Below are positions 34,459-43,192 of a DNA stretch of 64,000 nt, piece by piece. The notes beneath the pieces are model-generated. The model saw only the letters and a program-made list of their open reading frames with translations. It had not been told where the DNA came from and did not search any database. Each line of letters opens with the position of its first letter. Within the stretch, counting starts at the first letter, position 1. A program made the translations under genes and the position numbers. This stretch comes from Kiritimatiellia bacterium (GTDB lineage Bacteria; Verrucomicrobiota; Kiritimatiellia; RFP12; UBA1067): NCBI GenBank assembly GCA_045628545.1, contig JAZQPI010000018.1, positions 3,643 through 67,642 of the forward strand. The letters run 5' to 3'.

Positions 34459-36385
34459 CCGGATTGTGAAGGTTCACTTCATCGGCATCGGCGGGGTCGG
34501 CATGGCCGGCCTCGCAGTGTCGCTTAAAAACCGCGGATACGAGGTGTCCGGCTGCGATCTGCGGCCGACACCCCGTACGCGCTGGCTCGAGTCCGAGGGG
34601 ATCTCCGTCGCCTTCGGACACGACCCGGGGCATGTGGAGGGCGCGGACGAGGTCATTGTCACGCCGGCGGTCGCGGCGGACAATCCTGAGTTTGTCGCCG
34701 CAGGCGCGCGGACCGGTCTCCGCCTCCGTCGGCGCGGCGAAGTCCTGGCGGAGATCGTGTCGTCCGCGGCGGATTCGATCGCCGTCTGCGGCAGTCACGG
34801 CAAGACGACGACTTCGACTTTCGTGGCGCGGCTGCTCCTGGCGCTGGGCGAAAGCGTCGAGTGGGTGATCGGCGGAGAGACGGGGGAGTTTCCGGTGGCG
34901 GGCCGCGTGTGCCGCGACGGACGTTCGCCGGTCCTCGTCGTCGAGGCGGACGAAAGCGACGGCACGCTGGCGCTCTACCGGGCGAAGACGCTCGTCGTCA
35001 CCAACTGCGAATACGACCATCCCGCCCACTTCCCGACGCCGGCGGACTATGCCGCCTGCTTTGACGTGGCGCGGAGCAGAGCGGAGACGGTCATGGAGGC
35101 CGCGACGCTGGACGCGCCGACGGCCGAAGATTTTGCGTTTCTCGACGAACTGCCGACGCACAACCGGCGCAATGCGGTTGTGGCGATTGAAATCGCGCGC
35201 CGCCGCGGACACGGCTTGGCGGCGATCGCCGCCGCGATGAAGCCGATCGTCCGGCAGCTCCCCGACCGGCGCTTCCAGCGCGTCTGGCCGATGGATGACG
35301 CTACGGCCGAGACCGCGGCGGTTTATACGGACTATGCGCATCATCCGACGGAGATGCGCTGTGCCGTGGAAATGGCGCGGCGCGTTTGCCGCGGTCGGCT
35401 CGTGGTTCTCTTTCAGCCGTATCGATACTCGCGCACGAAAGGGCTGCTCGCGGAATTCCCCGCGGCGTTCGCGGGGGCGGACGAGGTGGTCATCTGTCCC
35501 ATCTGTTCGGCGTTTGAGCCCATGCTCGAGGGCGGTAGCGATGCCGATCTTTATGCCGAATGTCGGCGGCGGGAGGCGGACTGCGGCTTCGGAAGCGTCT
35601 ATCTGGCGCGCAGTTGCGAAGAGGCCTGGGAACATGCGCTGCGGACCGCGTCCGCGCCCGGCGACGTCACGCTGCTTCTCGGAGCTGGGGACATCGTCCG
35701 TCTCGTCGACCGTGTGCGGGCCGATTGCGCGTCGCCTTGCGAGCGGCCGCCGCGGCGCATCTGGATCGGGCAGGGGACGAATACCTGGAAGAGCGATCTG
35801 AAGCTGAACGTCGAATACGTGCGGACGACTGGCCGGGCCGACGGTCCGGGCGCCGCGCTGGGAATCCCGTGGATGGCGGGAGTGCCCGGCACGGTCGGCG
35901 GCTGGATCAAGATGAACGCCGGGGCTTTCGGACATTCGATTTCCGAAGTCCTTTCGCGGGTGAAGGTCGACGGCGTCTGGCGGTCGGCGGACGAGTGCGG
36001 CTTCGGCTACCGCCATTCGGGGATCGACGGGGAGATCCAGGACTACGAACTGAAGCCGGACGCGTTGCGGGACGCGGGTTCCGCGGCGGATTATCTGGCG
36101 CGGCGTCCGCGGTTCCCGGCGGGGACGAAAGGCAGCGTCTTCAAGAATCCGCCGGGCGATTCCGCCGGCCGACTGCTGGAGGCGGCGGACTGCAAGGGGT
36201 TGCGCGTCGGCGGGGCGTACGTGTGGGAGCGGCACGCGAACGTGATCGTCTCCGAAGAGGGGGCGCGGGCGTCCGACTTTCTGGCGCTCGCGCAGCTGAT
36301 GCGCATACGCGTCCTTATGTGTTTCGGCGTCGATCTTCAGCCGGAGGTAGCCGGTCTTGACGAACTGATTCAGGACGGCAGATGA
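34451..36385 (+). CDS. murC: bifunctional UDP-N-acetylmuramate--L-alanine ligase / UDP-N-acetylenolpyruvoylglucosamine reductase (MurC-MurB fusion)
   Basis: N-terminus HFIGIGGVGMAGLA and GSHGKTTTS (Mur ligase). C-terminal third VPGTVGGWIKMNAGAFG, GSVFKNP, HANVIV (MurB). GTG start overlaps the glnA stop. Confidence 0.85.
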   Translation: MVDRIVKVHFIGIGGVGMAGLAVSLKNRGYEVSGCDLRPTPRTRWLESEGISVAFGHDPGHVEGADEVIVTPAVAADNPEFVAAGARTGLRLRRRGEVLAEIVSSAADSIAVCGSHGKTTTSTFVARLLLALGESVEWVIGGETGEFPVAGRVCRDGRSPVLVVEADESDGTLALYRAKTLVVTNCEYDHPAHFPTPADYAACFDVARSRAETVMEAATLDAPTAEDFAFLDELPTHNRRNAVVAIEIARRRGHGLAAIAAAMKPIVRQLPDRRFQRVWPMDDATAETAAVYTDYAHHPTEMRCAVEMARRVCRGRLVVLFQPYRYSRTKGLLAEFPAAFAGADEVVICPICSAFEPMLEGGSDADLYAECRRREADCGFGSVYLARSCEEAWEHALRTASAPGDVTLLLGAGDIVRLVDRVRADCASPCERPPRRIWIGQGTNTWKSDLKLNVEYVRTTGRADGPGAALGIPWMAGVPGTVGGWIKMNAGAFGHSISEVLSRVKVDGVWRSADECGFGYRHSGIDGEIQDYELKPDALRDAGSAADYLARRPRFPAGTKGSVFKNPPGDSAGRLLEAADCKGLRVGGAYVWERHANVIVSEEGARASDFLALAQLMRIRVLMCFGVDLQPEVAGLDELIQDGR

Positions 36386-37821
36386 CCACTGATTTTACTG
36401 CCGAAAAATGCTTTAGGCCGCCGGAAGCCGCGAACGAGTCCGTGCGTCTGTCGGTGGTTGTCCCGATTTTCAACGGATTGGACTATCTTGGGGAATGCCT
36501 TGATTCCGTGCTGCGGCAGCTGCCTGGAGACTGCGAATGCATCGTCGTTGACGACGGCTCGAATGCGGCCACGGTTGCCGCGCTTAAGGCTTACGGGACT
36601 GCTCATGCCGCGGCGAACCTGCGGATCCTCTACGGGCCGCACGGCGGGGCTTCGCATGCCCGGAATCTGGGGCTGGAGGCGGCCCGCGGGGAGTTCGTCT
36701 GCTTCCTGGACGGGGACGATCGCCTGCATGACGGATTTCTGGCCAAGAGCCGCGAATGGTTCGGACAAGGCGTCGATCTCGTGATCTTCGCCTTCGACCG
36801 GGTCGAGAACGGGGCGGTGACGCATCTCTCGCTCCAGCCGCGCATCTACGAATCGCCGTCGCAGTTCGCCGACCATTATCTCGTCGACCGTCATCTGCTG
36901 GTCTATTCGCAGTGCAATAAGTTCTACCGCAAGTCCGTCATCGACCGCGGCGTCCTCCGCTTCGACGAGTCGGTGGAGTTCGGCGAAGACCGGCTGTTCA
37001 ACTTCCGCTTCATTTCGGCGTGCGGGCGGATCGCCACTTCGCCGGACTGCATGTTCGACTACGTCTGCCGCGGCGGCGATTCGCTTTCGACGAGGCACGT
37101 GCCGGATTTCGCCCGCAAGCTGATGGTGCTGCACGAGGCGAAGATGAAGACCTTCCTCGGTTTGGCGCGGACCGTGTCGGAGGACGAACGGCGTTCGTTC
37201 GTCCACTACGATCGCTCGCGCGTCGTCGAGGAGGCGGTCGGACGCTTTGCGGCGCATCCGGAGGAGATCGCCGAGTCGCTTCCGGTCTTAAATCGCATCC
37301 TTTTCGGAGATTTCATCGACGACGGACTTCCTGCGGACGTGCTCATCGTCTTGGGAAGTCCGAATTGCCAGTACCGGGTGGAGAAGGCGCTTGAGGTCGG
37401 GCGGCGCAATCCGGAAACCGTTTACGTCGTCAGTGGCGGCAATCCGCATCTCAAGGAGCCGAAATCCGAAGCGGAATTCATGCGCGATTACCTTTTTGAT
37501 CACGGTATTTCGCCGGAGCGCGTCGTTTTTGAGAATCTGGCGCGGAACACCGCTGAGAACCTTCGGTTCTCGATGGATCGGCTTGACCAGATGCTTGAGA
37601 CGGGAACATTGCCGTCCGCTTCTCCTCGAATCGGCGTCATTTCAGGCACCTATCATCTGACGCGGGTGCTGGAGATCGCCGGTGATGTTTTGGGTGAAAG
37701 GGCGAAGGGACTTCACGCCATTCCGGCCTACGGACCGCACAGCAGACCGGACAATTGGTTCATGCATCCGCAGTTCGTTCGGTTTGTCCTCAATGAAATC
37801 AGGAAGAGAAAAGGGCTGTGA
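36382..37821 (+). CDS. family-2 glycosyltransferase fused to a C-terminal DUF218 (YdcF/ElyC/SanA-like) domain
   Basis: N-terminus LSVVVPIFNGLDYLGECLDSV...IVVDDGSN...FLDGDD (GT2). C-terminus VLIVLGSPNCQYRV...VVSGG...NTAENLRFS (DUF218). ATGA overlap with the murC/B stop. Confidence 0.75.
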   Translation: MTTDFTAEKCFRPPEAANESVRLSVVVPIFNGLDYLGECLDSVLRQLPGDCECIVVDDGSNAATVAALKAYGTAHAAANLRILYGPHGGASHARNLGLEAARGEFVCFLDGDDRLHDGFLAKSREWFGQGVDLVIFAFDRVENGAVTHLSLQPRIYESPSQFADHYLVDRHLLVYSQCNKFYRKSVIDRGVLRFDESVEFGEDRLFNFRFISACGRIATSPDCMFDYVCRGGDSLSTRHVPDFARKLMVLHEAKMKTFLGLARTVSEDERRSFVHYDRSRVVEEAVGRFAAHPEEIAESLPVLNRILFGDFIDDGLPADVLIVLGSPNCQYRVEKALEVGRRNPETVYVVSGGNPHLKEPKSEAEFMRDYLFDHGISPERVVFENLARNTAENLRFSMDRLDQMLETGTLPSASPRIGVISGTYHLTRVLEIAGDVLGERAKGLHAIPAYGPHSRPDNWFMHPQFVRFVLNEIRKRKGL

Positions 37822-39545
37822 AAAGATGGTTGGCCAAAATCCGTCGGTTGTTCGCCTTTGAAACGAGCGCCCTGGTCAGGAAGAAGTTCATGCAGTTTCT
37901 GCCGGGGATGTTGCTGACCAATGTCTCGACCCTGATCCTGATCGATGTCGATAGCGTCGTAATCGGGAATATGGTCGGCAGCACGGCCTTTGCCGCCGTG
38001 GCGGTTATCGGCCCTATCGTTTCGCTGATCGGCGTGCTGGTTAGTGCGTTCGGCGGATTCTCGATCGGAGTCGCCCTTGGCCAGGCGATCGGGAGCAATG
38101 ACCTGCAGAAGCTGAGGGACTGCTATCGGTCCGGCATGGTTCTCGTGACATTGCTGGCGGTGGCCGTTGCCGTTGCCGAAGTGCCCTTGTTCAGATTCCT
38201 GATCGAGACTTCGGGCACGGGCGTCGAGTTGCAGCAGGAGGCTTGGGTCTATTCCAAGGGGATCATGATCGCGATGGTGATCGGCGTGTTCTCCACCTTC
38301 GGCACCTATGTGCTGATCGCCAACGGGCGTACCCGTTCGCTGCTTTATCTCACCGTTTTCGAGGGCGCCGTCAACATCGTCGCGGACGTCGTGTTCGTCA
38401 AGTACCTCGCGATGGGCACGGCCGGCGCCGGTTACGGCACGGCCGTCGCCAACGCTGTGCGGCTGGCTGCGACCGTTTTCGTGCTGTGGCGTGAGACCGA
38501 CGTCTTTCGGGATGTCCGCCTTGGACGGGCGCGGTCGATTCTCGAGATCATGGGCTTCGGTCGGTCGACGTTTGTTTCCGGTTTGGTCTGTGGCGTTTCT
38601 GATTATTGCATGAACCGTCTGATTGTCGGTTCGCTTGGCGATTCGGGGATGGTGATAAAGACCGTCGGCTGTTTCTGCGTGACGCTTGCCATTGCCGTTT
38701 ACGGCGGAATCGGACAATCTCTCGGGCCCCTGCTCGCACTCTTTGCGGGCGATGGCAGTTTTAAGGAGATGAGGCAGCTGTTTCAGTTCGGGGTTCGGGT
38801 CAGCATTGCCATGGTCGGTGTGCTTGCGATGGTCATTGTCGCGATGCCATTCGTCGTATGTGACCTGCTCGGCGTCACGGATCCACCGGACGGTGCCTTC
38901 ATAGTGGTTCGGTTCTATTGCCTTTTCTTCGTGTTTGCGGCTGTCAACTCCATGATCAACCTGTGTCTGATCAACCTGAAGAAACAGCTGGCGGCGACCG
39001 TGCTTTCGCTGCTTCAGAACGCGCTGCTGCTGCTGCCGTTCGCCTGGATGTTTAGCCTGATCGACGGTCGACTGCTGTTTTGCGGTTACCCGGCGACTTC
39101 GGCGGCGGTCATGATAATCGGCTGGATCTACATCCGATCTCGGTGGAGTCGGCTTGGCGACGGAACGCGGCGAATCTCCTTCGATCTCGTTCCCGAAAAC
39201 GTGTCGCCAACGGTCGAGGAACTGGTGAAAAAAAAGCTGCCGGATCTCGGGATCCCTCCGGCGCGGGCCCTCAGGATCGGTCTGGCTGTCGAGGAGACGA
39301 GCGCGTATGTCAAGTCCGCCAGGCAGGGAGAGGAAGTCCATCTGCATGTCCGGATCGGACTGGGGAAGGACAAGGTGACGGTGAGCGTCCTCGATGACGG
39401 CGAGCGCGTGGGACTTACGGACAAGATCAACGCCTTGGCCACGAATCTTGTTTACAACAACATCGGGATGATCAGCGCGATCTCCCAAAAGGTCAACTAC
39501 CAGTACGTGATGAACATGAACTTCACGACCTTGGAGGTGAAATGA
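37818..39545 (+). CDS. MOP/MATE-superfamily polytopic transporter (MurJ/Wzx-like) with a C-terminal RsbW/SpoIIAB-like GHKL domain
   Basis: About 12 TM helices in the first ~430 aa. The C-terminal ~140 aa, ALRIGLAVEETSAYV...VHLHVRIGLGKDKVTVSVLDDGERVG, resembles the anti-sigma kinase HATPase_c_2 domain; the N-box Asn is replaced. Confidence 0.65.
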   Translation: MKRWLAKIRRLFAFETSALVRKKFMQFLPGMLLTNVSTLILIDVDSVVIGNMVGSTAFAAVAVIGPIVSLIGVLVSAFGGFSIGVALGQAIGSNDLQKLRDCYRSGMVLVTLLAVAVAVAEVPLFRFLIETSGTGVELQQEAWVYSKGIMIAMVIGVFSTFGTYVLIANGRTRSLLYLTVFEGAVNIVADVVFVKYLAMGTAGAGYGTAVANAVRLAATVFVLWRETDVFRDVRLGRARSILEIMGFGRSTFVSGLVCGVSDYCMNRLIVGSLGDSGMVIKTVGCFCVTLAIAVYGGIGQSLGPLLALFAGDGSFKEMRQLFQFGVRVSIAMVGVLAMVIVAMPFVVCDLLGVTDPPDGAFIVVRFYCLFFVFAAVNSMINLCLINLKKQLAATVLSLLQNALLLLPFAWMFSLIDGRLLFCGYPATSAAVMIIGWIYIRSRWSRLGDGTRRISFDLVPENVSPTVEELVKKKLPDLGIPPARALRIGLAVEETSAYVKSARQGEEVHLHVRIGLGKDKVTVSVLDDGERVGLTDKINALATNLVYNNIGMISAISQKVNYQYVMNMNFTTLEVK

Positions 39546-40825
39546 TCAGGATTGGCAGTCCACAAGTTGAATCGGTCGCGGGAAGCGCTTATCTCAAGGC
39601 CCGGGTAAGCGTTGATGACGAGACCGCGCGGCGCTACATCGCGAAGACTGCGGTCTTGAAGAACTGCGCTTGGCTGACTGCCGTCGATTATCCTCCGACC
39701 GTCTGGCGCGAGACCGGCATATCCACCGAGCGAAGCGAGCTGCGTAGCAGACGCTATGCGGGGTGCGAACTCTGGTTCCGCGTGCCGGCGGAATACGGCG
39801 AGCGGCTCTGCACGGAGCGCAGCGACGCCTTCGTGGTCGCGATGCTGTGGTACGCGATGCTCGTCGGCTCGGACATCGAATTCGAAACGCCGATGTCGAA
39901 ACGGCTCCATCAGGGACTGACGGAAAAGCTTTTGCCGACGCTGGCGGAGCATGGCGCCGGGCGCATTCGGCTGCTCGGCCCCGTTTCCGACGCCGTCCTG
40001 CCTTGCGCGGGGGCGGTCGGAACCGGCATGTCGTGCGGGGTCGATTCGTTCTACACGATGATGACGCACGGCACCGGCTCGCAAGGTCCGCTTACGCATC
40101 TCACGTACTATGCGGCCGGTCTTCACGTTCCCCCGGGTTCGGACGATGTCGAAAAGACCTATGCCGCGCTTGAGCGGGTCGGAGCCGAAAACATCCGTAT
40201 GGCGGCGGCCGTGTCGGCGGCTTCGGGGCTGCCCTTCGTCTCGGTCGTGACTAATCTTGACCGGGACTTCTACCGTGGCGGGGTGGCCTACACGGCGATG
40301 TACCGCTATCTGGCCTGCACGCTCGCGCTCGGAAGGCTTTTCGGGACGTACGTCAGCTCGTCTTCCGGTCATGTCGGGGACCTTGGCGCCGGAGTCGTCG
40401 TCCCCACGCAGAATTACGAGCGGCTGATTTGCGATTGCTGCCAGACGGAGACGCTGGCCTATGTCAACAGCGACGAGGTCGCGCGGACGGAGAAGCTGAA
40501 GGTGGTCGCGGACAATCCGCTGTTCCAGCGGTACGCATCCGTCTGCTTCAACGACTGCGCCTGCGGGGAGTGCATCGGCTGCTGGAAGACGATGTTCCCG
40601 CTCGACATCCTCGGCAAGCTCGACTTGTTCGGCGGCGTCTTCGACCTGCCGCGCTACTACGCTCGCCGCGAGGAGCTGGTCCGCTCCTTCGTCAGATACG
40701 CCGCGAAGCCCGAGCTGGCGTCGGTCAAGGTGACGCTGGAGCAATTAGTTCGCCTGGCCGAAAGCGAATCGGGTGACAGCGCCGTCCGTTTCCGCGAACT
40801 GCTGAAAACTGCAATGATGGCTTGA
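39542..40825 (+). CDS. cassette gene A: unclassified 427-aa protein with a degenerate PP-loop-like motif and a C-terminal Cys cluster
   Basis: GTGMSCGVDSFYT (compare SGGxDS of adenine-nucleotide alpha-hydrolases) at ~aa 160. CDCCQTE and CFNDCACGECIGCW near the C-terminus. Start overlaps the MATE stop (ATGA). Confidence 0.7.
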   Translation: MIRIGSPQVESVAGSAYLKARVSVDDETARRYIAKTAVLKNCAWLTAVDYPPTVWRETGISTERSELRSRRYAGCELWFRVPAEYGERLCTERSDAFVVAMLWYAMLVGSDIEFETPMSKRLHQGLTEKLLPTLAEHGAGRIRLLGPVSDAVLPCAGAVGTGMSCGVDSFYTMMTHGTGSQGPLTHLTYYAAGLHVPPGSDDVEKTYAALERVGAENIRMAAAVSAASGLPFVSVVTNLDRDFYRGGVAYTAMYRYLACTLALGRLFGTYVSSSSGHVGDLGAGVVVPTQNYERLICDCCQTETLAYVNSDEVARTEKLKVVADNPLFQRYASVCFNDCACGECIGCWKTMFPLDILGKLDLFGGVFDLPRYYARREELVRSFVRYAAKPELASVKVTLEQLVRLAESESGDSAVRFRELLKTAMMA

Positions 40826-40848
40826 TTCGGAAGCCAGGGGGAGAAAAG

Positions 40849-41841
40849 ATGGTCGTCAGCGAGTTTACGGATTTCTGGAAGAACTTCGAGAAGTATTTCG
40901 GGCATTGCGGATTCTTCGAGAAGTGCCGGATCTTTCTTGATTGCTGCGGCGAATACCGCCGGAGCATGATGACCTGCGAAAGGTACGGCCTTTTGCGCTT
41001 CGACCGGGTGAGCCGCAGCGAGCGGGCAAAGTACGTCACCTTGGGGCGTTTGCTGAAGTTCTACCGCAGCGTCAACGATCCGGTGCTGTCGATAATGGTT
41101 GGCGACAAGCTTTCGTTTCACCGCCTGTATGCGGAGTTCACCGGGAGAAGGTCTCTCGATCTGCGGACGGCGAACCGCGAATCCGTGGCCGCATTGGCGG
41201 AGAAGAACCCCAGGGTCTTCGTCAAGCCGCGAAACGGCTGCTGCGGTGTCGGCTGCGCCATCGAGGATTGTTCGACGGACGACGCGAGAGCCGCGCTGCT
41301 GGCGAAATACGGCGGTTCGAATTTCGTGGCGGAGGAGGTCATCGTCCAACACGAAGGCCTGGCGGCGCTGAATCCGCTGGGCGTCAACCCGATTCGAATC
41401 ACCACCTTTCTCTGCCGTGACGGAAGAGTGGAATTCCCAGTCGGTCTGGCTTCTGTCAGTGTCGGAGTTGATGCTTCTTCGGCCGTCAATTTGTCGCGTG
41501 GCGCACTGGAAGCGCCAATTGACCTGAAGACAGGCAGAATCTTCCGGGATGCGTCTGACTCCTTTGGTCACCGAGTGGCGCGCCATCCGGTGAGCGGCGT
41601 TCCGTTTGTCGGCCATGAGATTCCTTGTTGGGAGAAGGTGGTCGATACGGCCGTGAAACTGGCGCGAGTCGTTCCGGATGTGCCTTTCGTCGGGTGGGAT
41701 CTGACGGTTAGTGCGGATGGACGGGTTGTCGCCATCGAGGGCAATCCGATTCCCGATTTAACCTCGCCCCAGATTTGGACCGGCGGACTTCAGCCCCGGC
41801 TTGACGCCTTGCTGAAAGACGCACGAACATCCGTTGGTTGA
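40849..41841 (+). CDS. cassette gene B: ATP-grasp fold ligase (TupA-like / sugar-transfer-associated ATP-grasp)
   Basis: VFVKPRNGCCGVGCAIE..., NFVAEEVIVQHE, NPIRITTF, GWDLTVSADGRVVAIEGN are characteristic ATP-grasp segments. AGGGGGAG RBS. Start set at MVVSEF; the track start at 40822 overlaps the gene A stop. Confidence 0.7.
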   Translation: MVVSEFTDFWKNFEKYFGHCGFFEKCRIFLDCCGEYRRSMMTCERYGLLRFDRVSRSERAKYVTLGRLLKFYRSVNDPVLSIMVGDKLSFHRLYAEFTGRRSLDLRTANRESVAALAEKNPRVFVKPRNGCCGVGCAIEDCSTDDARAALLAKYGGSNFVAEEVIVQHEGLAALNPLGVNPIRITTFLCRDGRVEFPVGLASVSVGVDASSAVNLSRGALEAPIDLKTGRIFRDASDSFGHRVARHPVSGVPFVGHEIPCWEKVVDTAVKLARVVPDVPFVGWDLTVSADGRVVAIEGNPIPDLTSPQIWTGGLQPRLDALLKDARTSVG

Positions 41842-41885
41842 CAATGAAAGGAGATGAACATGAACTTCACGACCTTGGAGGTGAA

Positions 41886-43169
41886 ATGATCAGCATCGGC
41901 AGTCCACAAGTTGAATCAGTCGCGGGAAGCGCTTATCTCAAGGCCCGGGTAAGCGTTGATGACGAGACCGCGCAGCGCTACATCACGAAGACGGCGGCAC
42001 TGAAGAACTGCGGCTGGCTGACCGCCGTCGATTATCCTCCGGCCGCCTGGCGCGAGACAGGCATGTCCCCCGAGCGAAGCGAGCTGCGTAGCAGGCGCTA
42101 TGCGGGGTGCGAGCTCTGGTTCCGCGTGCCGGCTGAATACGGCGAATATCTCTGCACGGAGCGCAGCGACGCCTTCGTGGTCGCGATGCTGTGGTACGCG
42201 ATGCTCACCGGCTCGGACATCGAATTCGAAACGCCGATGTCGAAACGACTCCACCGGGGGCTGACGGAAAAGCTTTTGCCGGCGCTGGCGGAGAATGGCG
42301 CCGGGCGCATTCGGCTGCTCGGCCCCGTTTCTGACGCAGTCCTGTCTTGCGCGGGGGCGGTCGGGACCGGCATGTCGAGCGGAGTCGATTCGTTTTACAC
42401 GGTGATGACGCACGGCGCGAATACGCCGCGTCCGTTGACTCATTTGACATATTATACTGCATTTAGCCTCGTCCCGTTTGGTTCGACAGACGTCGTGAAG
42501 ACCTTTGACGCGATTGATAAGATCTTTGACGAGGAAGTCCGTCATGCGTCGGAAGTGACGTCGGCTTTGGGACTGTCCTTCGTCCCTGTCCGCACCAACC
42601 TGGATCGGGATTTCTGCCGGGGCGGGATGATTTACTCGGGGATGTACCGCAGTCTCGCGTCCACGCTTGCGCTTGGCAAGCTTTTTGGCACGTACTACAG
42701 TTCCTCCTCAGGGCACGGCAGGGATCTGGGTGCCAGGATCATCGCTCAGACGCAGAACTATGAACACCTTATCTGCGACAGCTGTCAGACGGAGACGCTA
42801 ACCTATATCAACAGCGACGACGTTTTGCGGGCAGAGAAGCTGAGATTGCTTGCGGACAATCCGCTGTTTCGGCGGCACATGTCCGTCTGCTACCACTTGT
42901 GCGCCTGCGGGGAGTGCATCGGCTGCTGGAAGACGATGTTCCCGCTCGACATCCTCGGCAAGCTCGACTTGTTCGGCGACGTCTTCGACCTGCCGCGCTA
43001 TTATGCGCACCGCGAGGAGCTGCTCCGCTCTTTCGTCAGTTACGCCGTGAAGCCCGGGCAGGAGTCGCTCAAGGTGACGCTGGAGCAATTAGTTCGCCTG
43101 GCCGAAAGCGAATCGGGTGACAGCGCCGTCCGTTTCCGGGAACTGCTGAAAACTGCAATGATGGCTTGA
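41886..43169 (+). CDS. cassette gene A' (paralogue of A, ~80% identical; middle third diverged)
   Basis: Collinear with A (GTGMSSGVDSFYT, CDSCQTE, CYHLCACGECIGCW). The track start at 41838 is an artefact of the duplicated MATE 3' fragment. Confidence 0.7.
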   Translation: MISIGSPQVESVAGSAYLKARVSVDDETAQRYITKTAALKNCGWLTAVDYPPAAWRETGMSPERSELRSRRYAGCELWFRVPAEYGEYLCTERSDAFVVAMLWYAMLTGSDIEFETPMSKRLHRGLTEKLLPALAENGAGRIRLLGPVSDAVLSCAGAVGTGMSSGVDSFYTVMTHGANTPRPLTHLTYYTAFSLVPFGSTDVVKTFDAIDKIFDEEVRHASEVTSALGLSFVPVRTNLDRDFCRGGMIYSGMYRSLASTLALGKLFGTYYSSSSGHGRDLGARIIAQTQNYEHLICDSCQTETLTYINSDDVLRAEKLRLLADNPLFRRHMSVCYHLCACGECIGCWKTMFPLDILGKLDLFGDVFDLPRYYAHREELLRSFVSYAVKPGQESLKVTLEQLVRLAESESGDSAVRFRELLKTAMMA

Positions 43170-43192
43170 TCCGGAAACCAGGGAGAGAAAAG

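Noticed and set aside
34433-36235. 600-aa minus-strand ORF
   Set aside because: Antisense to the murC-murB fusion gene.
37728-39488. 586-aa minus-strand ORF
   Set aside because: Antisense to the MATE-like transporter gene. No TM or other domain logic; His/Arg/Asp-rich.
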